From a virus (lineage: Duplodnaviria; Caudoviricetes): 43,251 bases of DNA. The position numbers and the translations under genes were made by a program. The notes below the pieces were generated by a model. It was not told where the DNA came from and searched no databases. It saw only the letters and a program-made list of their open reading frames with translations. Shown piece by piece: positions 26,901-33,372 of this stretch. Numbering within the stretch: the stretch's first letter is position 1; each line of letters begins with the position of its first letter. Where the stretch lies: positions 1 through 43,251 of the IMG/VR virus record IMGVR_UViG_3300008961_000005; one strand, written 5' to 3'.

Positions 26901-27115
26901 ATTTGACGACCATCGTCTTCAATCCAGAATTGATTTGCACCAGTAAACGTTTGAGACTGGTCTGGGTCTACGCCTTGGTAAACGATGTCAGATGTAGTAG
27001 TACCTGCTGCGTTAACATCTTCTAATCCAGTTGTAGGTTTAGGGTTTAACCTAGCAGCATCAACTGCCGAGTCGTAATCTGAATAACCTGTATTTCTAAA
27101 TTGGTAATTAGCCAT
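17975..27115 (-). CDS. Giant (3046-aa) virion tail/baseplate-associated protein; N-terminal Ig/cadherin/BACON-like repeat region
   Basis: N-terminal half has repeated NxxP...FxYxVxD cadherin-like units and Cys-bounded repeats; C-terminal half is globular, starting near PLLRTNPKLSTN. Confidence 0.7.
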   Translation of the reverse strand: MANYQFRNTGYSDYDSAVDAARLNPKPTTGLEDVNAAGTTTSDIVYQGVDPDQSQTFTGANQFWIEDDGRQIWQVAADGGILSVQSMPAWDCSDPLDFGYIGEDPSGSGENTEGDVIAITYGTNVKNTNEPSLIEVRLGSDATGQVVQDATTSTGFVYGENTYRVKFSLPSGWSGQDLDGNKACVQTNVTVVQNDPLYDCDVAGPTINSGTHGDPVVVQWAVAPADNTWVVTPSTLIPGSAYTITGIEVPAGYSNNGGAAIQCQIDANDVTVATTTLAAFDCTAAAINISPGLPGDNVAANTTVAAGITISSISPAVFSSNPGTNSYTVNIQVPATGYSNSGQILVCSADATTGTVTKTISLNNTSNLTFDSTGTPIQTKIVTIEGNATGFSTGTHIQYTAGSNSWLNVSLDNFTTSGGNLQFSANAYTGAQPRSVTVQLAHPEDNSIKTTTFTITQSAGNQPPTGSDFTKQITWSSTVADIDLDFTDPAASTWNGTAINDPEDGSLPDVIITDITGLTIASSSATLKDNSDGSTDITSSSLPYTLAGTTARTIKLTPYAELGEFQSAAINFKYKVKDSEGLESSAYTVTLTVQPPANTAPLSANKTISITNAQNGNTSNFAYGTGVLATDEDASGLLTYKWVDGNGGGNPVTFVGSTRQGAHGTFVEAGGVLQYTYTGPTLTPNDNPVDDDFWFTATDTQGLVSLASKITVTMTSAANTPPVISINNNTGQNSVTLNGFQYEGITLGNISVAATDGDNNTLTWSAAWDATNPNNTVATEKGVFSINPNNGAWVYSSGDWNMLPNTTYNINYIVTVSDPYNGEDSYNIELNLTGVSYISGCKVSTNGKNTSATACDEAKTLNVYLDAALSTSLDALDAAEFIYTENTLQESDKLKPVDASTNPWFSIQQDIGGVVTVKAVKLAADGAIEQIFDCEQTLDRAWPIDINYSTKSGDLCQPGALDYTVTQATVYQNVIDPDVADASLQSVINAGGQLFTSQYYANQGEYLNNAGGLAPASLCVAPGFYNDDNRVADDGQIIYYEFTTNAEGQGVWNPSSVNDTETVYEFNCPVEIEYSTYKFNAFYNETNRSSVDAICLSEESDLTNAELYVRLDAAIMGSEAPHYTTHREALKYVMKNQVLVYKTEADAEDVNYNGLWETTVFVALHEDIELEEDPSSYVPGDLKEFAIWDNENDSGYIDGIPANNFTYSWVGSNTITYNLEYSTTGTELGNCGFNFVKPDVNSNFCLGLSNNDCTTSDLDTSRTNVFYAFYSCASKVEGGDPYWNLYLVDGLHTFATNSTSYIKKLIDVIEPSKQAGLHLSLGGDTMLECVTLQHKIFAVNHNDATTILLDLPEYGGDIRVVEINPVELGFASGAEIEYRETCVDCILDVDNASIFTMDPINDSDVINRSLPNFDLEKNYELDNLSKPLLRTNPKLSTNAKLVVNSNDNMFIESIDATKELASVEYKKWPVNKLGKWSYDLSKFFNNNKTPSDIVYFSKSRFSDFTVQESFEKQIEEDYHYGTTYNYSKLHDEDFRMLAPIWLDKNIPSNFVIFRVSDPAAVLDFDTQSNFSNINEILKNSELIKTFDLTRDSNIGTYLRNHVQSELFPKNPISVNFSENERTNFNGIDLVRGGFTNKGEYLFDDFVKQDQTVISENELITAGFERNKLACANLINLEFLFDDDAASDYAVNRYFGLYVNDVDSGYGSLESSTNGLLKFKTLNSHINEDPESAIPPVKLMSSTPTLGYAHISDKFYKISTESYYDTSNSELKVEDSANLIPNEIKLAEVGTSIDIINNAQAGSDFIKLTINGAPANNDRISIFPSKEQDYRVKFVRYNPGDTYNLSLTLNVFDQSDNTWNNILYNFTLVLKDTMEQTISDFIAANNNTFDDNLILKADGNDFLIYEKKVTLNPLNPAILPADGFSNISIARVEYTQVPYDLENNMYFGSDALSAGHFNTTAFSTQGTNAEIAQALVKSINSKDNGFTALTYDGADHLYIKNDIVGYRLMQSGIAVPNNNANDWVTIDSANEIDYTENNRLRLQLTGSTSNTFRFSKIYFFNGGNSGGKSVLASLDSVADINVNDYLETSSNGVYNKVIDIVDDIERLPLQYKKLILEKTNTLEDGEVNVFADNLVRLGLFSAFDIHDMNFDFYDTANSDLKELQWEVANNINYEPEIDNQSDIYPFGDRGSSDYLKSPVSYFTGLSDVLEEERTDDANETQVLSEYDRLQENYLKEYAIQSRVVPSINKWVLKDTLTVREQPYYLNANEAFGRSNFSADLSVRGRNRVGMTHEWFYINNLPKYLKENQGDPTNPQYRLNESFSYLNFMEGVEMSPSMFKDVNYDYFDRFFVTEGFETTGDNKYKTFVKTNRQKKYTLVNGGNDTAFADTIFKGLKVIFKNRKEFNAASPVDFVKSSEFNGYRFSTVLNVKTSQDSNGIEYEVIQNKKFKYVVFFISLNIDDLWADQTLTRKLLYELNHSLVWNNEEGTFKYSDIKVDGHLDLTGANFSNPDGDDYLVVNGLVHADGKLPQFLEQINKNDDDEFGSLIVEFETPSGPMKLELDISNVESQTQITLSGKPRDLTNGNVETDLSFLPGYVQYFAKYTYKGGGVNAYKYILESLGAQDMADMLLRNPDNIKYSTIELDGSIGLSKFIILLEDGVEFIKKAELDTEVDDEKPESFKLSSGNIGYNLGLTRVYYPFLIRHNGGYTIDTTPVVTFTDVYTHMKTNTLQNTSDIVELQLEEQMYKHSLTSTKEIQLAKDYYRRYNRCGVAFNLGFIFDGGAHDTEWGYIKNHFYRKVNEFKSSGVIKLSVSSDKPPLYPLIGEIAIDKKDVNVFKSSWDKNYYTRSLSGGINESVPGTFETKEERSYLASTIMKIKDSYTMLDFEVDRVKTEEELDDILANSTNKTDVVLFEDKKRVVMDFYIDFTINKKLSGDGVLNTIKKYVLAVNSAADKTTLTDDAQLYIRKNLINVFNIDQIKLYTQRFKGGDSTLEIVDAISNLDDNNYNSDQNFAFSSHEQKPLNFRLIYNKRLGYSYRIRPMVKITS
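18030..18038 (-). promoter_or_regulatory. Putative late promoter GATATATAA
   Basis: Exact motif in the 3' end of the giant gene, 59 nt upstream of the fibre start at 17971. Confidence 0.4.
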
Positions 27116-27155
27116 TAATTATTAATATCTTTTTCCTAGAGAATGTACTCCTCTA

Positions 27156-27165
27156 TTATATATTC
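27156..27165 (-). promoter_or_regulatory. Putative late promoter (GAATATATAA)
   Basis: Intergenic, 41 nt upstream of the start at 27115, flanked by two short inverted repeats. Confidence 0.45.
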
Positions 27166-27185
27166 ACCTAACATTAGGTTATATA

Positions 27186-30100
27186 TTATCTAAATAATCT
27201 GGCTGCCTTAACTGAATTTAAATTCCTTCCTTTTGGACCATACTTTGCGAATACTTCTAAGTCAAACGAAAATTGCTCGCCGTATTTGTCAAAAATGTCT
27301 AAGCCGATTTTCTTAGTATATGTTAAGTTACTGTATGCTAGTCTAGCAAAACCACCAACTCTACCTGTATCGATAGAATCTTCATTACCAAAATAATCAG
27401 TCATTCTATATTGGAATACAATATCTACAGAAACTGCATTTGACTCATTGTCCTTTTTAGCTTTAATTGATTTAGCAGATCTTTTAGTTTCACCGCTTAC
27501 TTTTAGAGTATCTGCATTTATAGGAGACATGAATAAGAATGCTCCACATGATTTACCACCTAACATATATTGGTCATTTGCTTCGAAAGACATTTTAATA
27601 GGGCTTTCTGCAACACCAGTAGGAAATAAGTCTCTACCCTGGTGATATGCTATTTGTTGTTTAGCCTGAGTTTGATTGTTACTATCAGCACCTGAACCAA
27701 AAATACTAAATAAAGTTGCTCCGGTAGCTAATGTTGCAGTTTTAGGCATTGAAAATATCATAGATTCAATTACGTTGGTAAATGAGTAGTTCCCAAAATT
27801 ACCACTATCTACTGCGCCATCCCATATATTAGCTAAACTAGGGTGGTCTTTATGTACAAACAATCCAGAGTTATATTGATTAACAGTTACTGCACTAATA
27901 GGAGATACATTTACTTTATCTTTACTCCATTCACCAGCACCGTCTGCAAATCCACCAGACCATATAAAGTTATTATTCTCATCTGTTGCCGGAGCACTTG
28001 ATGGCCATACGCCACCACCGGCACCTGAGCCTGTATTTGAAAGATTGTGTTCATAATTAACAATATTACCATCACCTTCATTGCCAATCGCAGATGTCAT
28101 GTAATGCGGATTTTGGTTTGCAATATCCATATATCTACTATAGATAAATTGACCTCTTCTTTGTGCAGATTGATATGGAGCGTCTGAGGTTTTTTCAAAG
28201 TCTCCAGATGAAATATTTTGATATTGAACCGGAACTAAATCATAGTTACCTTCTTCTAAATAATAATTATCTCTTTGAACCTTAGTATCAATGTTAGCAT
28301 CTGTAGAATTTGTTTCGTTTTCAATACCAAACTTATTCGTAGACGCATCTGTTCCACCACTAATAGATCTATATACAGGTTTGCTTCTATCACCAATTAG
28401 TCTAGAAACTAATTCCAATTTAGTAGATTTACTATTTTCTAATTGTAGCTTAAATGTTTTAGTTACAATATGTCCCTTTCTTACAGTTAAATCTGCAACC
28501 TCATCAACATAATATCCTGCAAATAATTGAGTCGTAGTATCTTTATTGATATTTGTTACTGTTCCGTCTTCTGTTACAACTTTAACAACTAATTCTCCAA
28601 CTTCAGCTTCAACTGTACCTTTAAGACCTGCGATCTGAGCTTCAAGCTCCGCTATCTTGTCATATACAGAAATTGGCTTTTGTTCTGGAGATAAGAACCC
28701 TGATGCAATATTAGTTGCAACGTGAGCATAATAGTTTTCATTTGCAGTAAATGCATCACTAACGTGAGTGAATACACCTTGTCCAGTTAACTCCTCTGTA
28801 ATTTGTACCTTAGCTAATTCAGCAGTATTAACTTGAACTACTGCAGCAACATCGGTTGTATCGATTTCTTCTTCTGGGAATGAAATAGTTACTGGCTCTG
28901 ACCAATCAGACATTATTGGGTTACCAGGGAATCCAGCCTCAGAAACAGATTTAGCTCTAATTTCTACTAGTTCTCCTTGATTAATTGCAATATCTAATTG
29001 ATTAAAGTTGATCTCTTGACCGTCTTCTATTTTACTAGCTTGCCATGTAAACCTCTTTTCGATAGTTCCATCGCTATTAATAGTCTTAGCTCTTTGTCTT
29101 ACTTTGCCTTTACGCTCATTCCAGTTCGAGAAGATTGCAGATTTATCTCTACCATCAACAGTAAACTTTAATTGAGCAGCTTCTGCAGCTTTACCGGATG
29201 TTGATAGGTATCTATATTGTATAATAAATTGTACAACTTCTTGATCTAACGTATCAGCAACTTGTTTTGCAGTAGGCACTTTCCAAAAACCTCTAACTCT
29301 ATATTTAGGGTTTATATTCTTTGCATTTGAAGAAGAAGATAACGCTTGTATTTGTGTTACAATCGAGTTATATAATTTTGCCTCAGAAGCTCTTTCTTCT
29401 ATTAAAGCTATTAACTCATTTTTATCTTTATCTTTTTGTACTTGAGAAGCATATTTAGTACTAGCAATAACCGATCTCTTTTTAGTAATCGTTTCGTCTA
29501 GCTTTTTAATAGCCTCTTGTACAGATATTTTATCAGCAGATAATTTCTTAATTTTATCAGCCGCATCATTTTCAGTTAAATGTTTATTGATTTGAACTAC
29601 TTTAAAGTTCTCTCCATTTAATTCCGGAGCATCTGGTGTAACACCAACTGTTGCCGGAGGAATGTTATCTTCTTTAATAGAAGTAATAAACTTACCAAAG
29701 TCAGCTACGTTCTCTTTATAGAATTCTGATAAGAAAATAATACTACCATCTTCTTGTAATACTTCTAAATCGTTTGAATAGAATCCAGCACCTGGCGACC
29801 ATTTCTCAGCTAAGATTTTTGATTCAGCATCAACTGCTTTTACAAACATTAAGATTCTTTCATCAAATCCTACAGGAACTTCAATACTTAAATTGTTATC
29901 TTCAGTCTTGTAGATTGATAAAGATAAAGTACCTGCTCCAATTTTAATAGCTTCATAGCCTTCGACTAATCTAAGCTCAACCTGTCTAGACGAAGAATCC
30001 AGCCTGTCAATTACATATCTAGTGTTTTTAGAACCGCCAGTGACCATCAATTGATCTCCTACGCGAAGTAATTCAGTAGAGTCTAAGTCTTTATTATTAT

Positions 30101-30839
30101 CTGAATAAGTTAAGCTATCTAATGTGTATAATTTTATAGCCTGTTTTTTAGTTACACCAGCTTCAATAACTTCTCTCTTAGAATTTGAAATTGATAGAAC
30201 GTCAAACTTTCCAGTATATTGTGTAGTTCTATAAGGCATATCTCTTAATTCTTCGTCAAGAGTATATGCTATATTATTATTGACAATATCTCTAATTGCC
30301 GTTAAGTAATCGATGCCATCCTGGTCTCTGTAATTCTCGTTAAAGAAATCTACAGCAACTTGATTTGTTCCATCGAATAAAATTCTTTTAACAAGAATCC
30401 TTTCCGTATCATTTGGTATTTGACCGCTTACATCAATAGATGTAGTTAACATTGGGTTTAAAAAGTCTTCAGCAAAATAGTTTGCTTTAGATGCAAATGA
30501 AGTAGGTCTAGCTAATGTAGTAATATCATTAGCAGGAGTCTTTAATGAAGTTGTAATAATATTTTGAAAAGTACCATCTGGTAATTTTACTTTAGTGCTA
30601 CCTTTTCCTAATCCAGCAAGTGCTTTAAGATTATTATCTAATCTTAGTAATTCTTGTTTCATATAACCAAACCCAGGAATTGATACTATTTTAGTACCCT
30701 CGTCGGTCAGTATTTCTAATGGAATAGATTTCGCATTAGTAGTTACTGCTTCGTTGATTCTTTCAAATGTCTTTAGAGAATTAGTATTAATTTCTAAAAG
30801 CTTCTTTAAGGAATTAGATATGGAATTGTTAGTGTTCAT
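27186..30839 (-). CDS. Large putative virion structural protein with central coiled coil
   Basis: 1217 aa in the baseplate/tail cluster. Confidence 0.6.
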   Translation of the reverse strand: MNTNNSISNSLKKLLEINTNSLKTFERINEAVTTNAKSIPLEILTDEGTKIVSIPGFGYMKQELLRLDNNLKALAGLGKGSTKVKLPDGTFQNIITTSLKTPANDITTLARPTSFASKANYFAEDFLNPMLTTSIDVSGQIPNDTERILVKRILFDGTNQVAVDFFNENYRDQDGIDYLTAIRDIVNNNIAYTLDEELRDMPYRTTQYTGKFDVLSISNSKREVIEAGVTKKQAIKLYTLDSLTYSDNNKDLDSTELLRVGDQLMVTGGSKNTRYVIDRLDSSSRQVELRLVEGYEAIKIGAGTLSLSIYKTEDNNLSIEVPVGFDERILMFVKAVDAESKILAEKWSPGAGFYSNDLEVLQEDGSIIFLSEFYKENVADFGKFITSIKEDNIPPATVGVTPDAPELNGENFKVVQINKHLTENDAADKIKKLSADKISVQEAIKKLDETITKKRSVIASTKYASQVQKDKDKNELIALIEERASEAKLYNSIVTQIQALSSSSNAKNINPKYRVRGFWKVPTAKQVADTLDQEVVQFIIQYRYLSTSGKAAEAAQLKFTVDGRDKSAIFSNWNERKGKVRQRAKTINSDGTIEKRFTWQASKIEDGQEINFNQLDIAINQGELVEIRAKSVSEAGFPGNPIMSDWSEPVTISFPEEEIDTTDVAAVVQVNTAELAKVQITEELTGQGVFTHVSDAFTANENYYAHVATNIASGFLSPEQKPISVYDKIAELEAQIAGLKGTVEAEVGELVVKVVTEDGTVTNINKDTTTQLFAGYYVDEVADLTVRKGHIVTKTFKLQLENSKSTKLELVSRLIGDRSKPVYRSISGGTDASTNKFGIENETNSTDANIDTKVQRDNYYLEEGNYDLVPVQYQNISSGDFEKTSDAPYQSAQRRGQFIYSRYMDIANQNPHYMTSAIGNEGDGNIVNYEHNLSNTGSGAGGGVWPSSAPATDENNNFIWSGGFADGAGEWSKDKVNVSPISAVTVNQYNSGLFVHKDHPSLANIWDGAVDSGNFGNYSFTNVIESMIFSMPKTATLATGATLFSIFGSGADSNNQTQAKQQIAYHQGRDLFPTGVAESPIKMSFEANDQYMLGGKSCGAFLFMSPINADTLKVSGETKRSAKSIKAKKDNESNAVSVDIVFQYRMTDYFGNEDSIDTGRVGGFARLAYSNLTYTKKIGLDIFDKYGEQFSFDLEVFAKYGPKGRNLNSVKAARLFR

Positions 30840-30840
30840 A

Positions 30841-32778
30841 TTATCTTAAAATATCTACTTCAAATACATAGTTTATTGGATCTATACAAACCAATTCAAT
30901 GTAAGGTTTAGTCGTTATTAACTGTGATGGGTCGATGTCTGCGATATTTTGCCAACCTCCAGATTTGTTAGTTAAAACCTTTATGTTGTTACCATTTACA
31001 TCAATAGTATCTATCGCTATTTTAAATACTTGACCTTTCTTCCACCCGTTAGTGGAATCATCAATGTATATATCTAGGCTACTATTTAGTGACTCGTTAT
31101 TTAATATGTTATTCAGACTTAATCTATTAGTGTAAAGGTTTAATTTAGCCCATACTCCGTATTGATTAGCCTGTGAATTATCGAATAAGCTTGATGAATT
31201 TAAAACTCCTGTTGTAATTTTAGAAGCAATATCCCATTTGTATAAATCAGATACTACATAACCTTCAACCTCGTTATTAATTTTAATTTTACCAGCGATT
31301 GATTTATCAACTGTAGTACCTTTACCTGAGAATATTACATCTGTGTTATATTGTAATTCTACTGGGATTGTACCGTCTATTAGTTGATTAATTTTTTCAT
31401 GTGCATTATTAATTAAACTTAATAGCGCATTTGAATCTTGTAACTGTAATGAAGACGCAGTAAAGTCATCTTCTAATTCTTTTATTCTTGTTTCTAGTTG
31501 AGCAGCTTGAGCTGTTCCTAAAATTACATTTTCTAAATTAGTAAATCTATCTGCAAGTGCACCATATCTATTATTAGCTTGTAATAGTAGATCAGTCGCG
31601 TTCTCAAGCGCTGTAGTAGTGTCCATGAATAAATCCATAGAGAATGTAGTGAAATCATTCACACTAGTCTCAACACCTACGTTATCAAGAGATGAATTGA
31701 ATTTAAGATTTAACTTTAAAGAATATGCATTACCATTTAGGCCTGTTACTTCGTTAGGCTTAAATTTAATTTGTTCATGTATCTTTGAACCAGGTCCTGG
31801 AGAATCTGTAATATCATCTAATATTAAGATACCATATAAATTTGTAGATCTATTAGCAGGTACAGAAGAGCTATATAAATCATAGTATACTAAAACGGCA
31901 TTAAATCTGAACTGTTGTCCAGTTTTGGCATAATCCAATAACGATTTAACGTCAGGATTATTTTGAATCTGCTCATAAGAAGCAGTGTCCCAATCTATTT
32001 GTACAGAATTTGTAGCATTTGTTTGCACATCATAAAATGGACCTGAATTAGCAGTCCATTGATCTACAACTGGCAATAAGTCAATATTAGGATCTGGGTG
32101 TGTTTGTCCCTCTCTACCCTCTATATTTACAGCATTTACATCGCTAGGAAATAATTTAGTTGCTGTTGTATTATAGTCAGTAGGCTTAAATAAGACTTGA
32201 GGAGTATAACCTACCGATGTTGGTACGTTAATATAAACTTCATGATATGTATTTCCCTGGTATGCAACGTCATTCTCTGCGTCGATGCTACCTAAATACT
32301 TTACCACTCTATCATAATTTGATCCCCCTAAAATTGCGTTGTCATTCTCCGCATAAGCACCAGTCGAAGATTCATTAGAATCCGACGGTCTAAAATCTAT
32401 TGCACCTAATGCTGATAACCACTTAAAAAAGATCTTTTCAGCATCAGATGCTAAAATAATCGGGTCATAATCATCATCATTTAAAAGAAGCTCTTCTAAA
32501 TTTAATGCATAGTTTTGAAATGTTTGTGCGAAATCCACATTCGGCATGCCAGCCACATAAGGCTGACCAGAAGGTTGCTTCAGATTTAATCCAAAATTAA
32601 TTGAATTTTCATTATTAACAGATTGTGTAAAATCAGGTAAGTCTAGTAAAGCATATTTACTAAACTCAAAATTAATATCAGCACTGTTAAACGCTCTGGT
32701 AATATCTCTTGCTGATGAAGCAAAAGCATACATTGTGCCACCTTGCGGCTGTGGTATTCTAACTAACGGAGTTGCCAT
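30841..32778 (-). CDS. Putative virion structural protein with coiled-coil segment
   Basis: 645 aa in the baseplate/tail cluster. Confidence 0.6.
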   Translation of the reverse strand: MATPLVRIPQPQGGTMYAFASSARDITRAFNSADINFEFSKYALLDLPDFTQSVNNENSINFGLNLKQPSGQPYVAGMPNVDFAQTFQNYALNLEELLLNDDDYDPIILASDAEKIFFKWLSALGAIDFRPSDSNESSTGAYAENDNAILGGSNYDRVVKYLGSIDAENDVAYQGNTYHEVYINVPTSVGYTPQVLFKPTDYNTTATKLFPSDVNAVNIEGREGQTHPDPNIDLLPVVDQWTANSGPFYDVQTNATNSVQIDWDTASYEQIQNNPDVKSLLDYAKTGQQFRFNAVLVYYDLYSSSVPANRSTNLYGILILDDITDSPGPGSKIHEQIKFKPNEVTGLNGNAYSLKLNLKFNSSLDNVGVETSVNDFTTFSMDLFMDTTTALENATDLLLQANNRYGALADRFTNLENVILGTAQAAQLETRIKELEDDFTASSLQLQDSNALLSLINNAHEKINQLIDGTIPVELQYNTDVIFSGKGTTVDKSIAGKIKINNEVEGYVVSDLYKWDIASKITTGVLNSSSLFDNSQANQYGVWAKLNLYTNRLSLNNILNNESLNSSLDIYIDDSTNGWKKGQVFKIAIDTIDVNGNNIKVLTNKSGGWQNIADIDPSQLITTKPYIELVCIDPINYVFEVDILR

Positions 32779-32801
32779 CTACAGTTTGGTTTTTGTTTAA
32801 T

Positions 32802-33365
32802 TTACGATATTGTTGCGTTATGCGAACCAATAATATACCATTTAGAGTTAAAGCTTCTAAGTGTTATAGTTGAATTTGCATTGTTTAGCGCAATTGTAGC
32901 TGCACCAAGAGTTGCACCAGTTCCAGCAGAGATTGCTACTAAAGCACTCGCTACATTAATAAGTGTAACTTCTTGTCCGTCAACTCCAACCGGAAGTTGA
33001 AAGCCTTCATCAATAAAGTAAGTACTCTTATTTAAACTAGAAGGTGTTGACTGGCCAGTTCCGTTAGTTGCAGATCCAGATGCTCCTGATTTGATGATTG
33101 AACCACCAAATGTCGCAGAGCTAGTAAATGCTGCAGCTGTACCAAATTGAGCGCCAGATGAATTTACAACGAATAATGTTGTACCATCAACTACGCTTAG
33201 TTGTTGTGATGTAGCAGATGTTAAACCGCTTAAGACTCCAGTCACAGGGTTTAATAATGCTGTTACAGACGCCAATTCGTCATTTAACAATTCAAAGTTA
33301 CTATTAATAACGGGTCTTGTTGATGAAACCGAGTCTGTACCTAAAATTTCAGTAATGTTTGCCAT
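32802..33365 (-). CDS. Short fibre/baseplate-attached protein
   Basis: 187 aa, Ser/Gly/Thr-rich; N-terminal TDSVSSTRPVINSNF resembles the gp9/gp10-type attachment motif. Confidence 0.55.
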   Translation of the reverse strand: MANITEILGTDSVSSTRPVINSNFELLNDELASVTALLNPVTGVLSGLTSATSQQLSVVDGTTLFVVNSSGAQFGTAAAFTSSATFGGSIIKSGASGSATNGTGQSTPSSLNKSTYFIDEGFQLPVGVDGQEVTLINVASALVAISAGTGATLGAATIALNNANSTITLRSFNSKWYIIGSHNATIS

Positions 33366-33372
33366 TTTATAT

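Noticed and set aside
14927-27115. Diversity-generating retroelement or invertible tail-fibre switch
   Set aside because: No reverse transcriptase, invertase or near-identical TR/VR pair seen; the repeats are diverged protein-level repeats.
11296-31885. Antisense plus-strand ORFs within structural genes (11296, 12157, 14872, 17220, 22092, 23337, 24711, 26655, 27448, 28291, 31619)
   Set aside because: Antisense shadows of long minus-strand genes.
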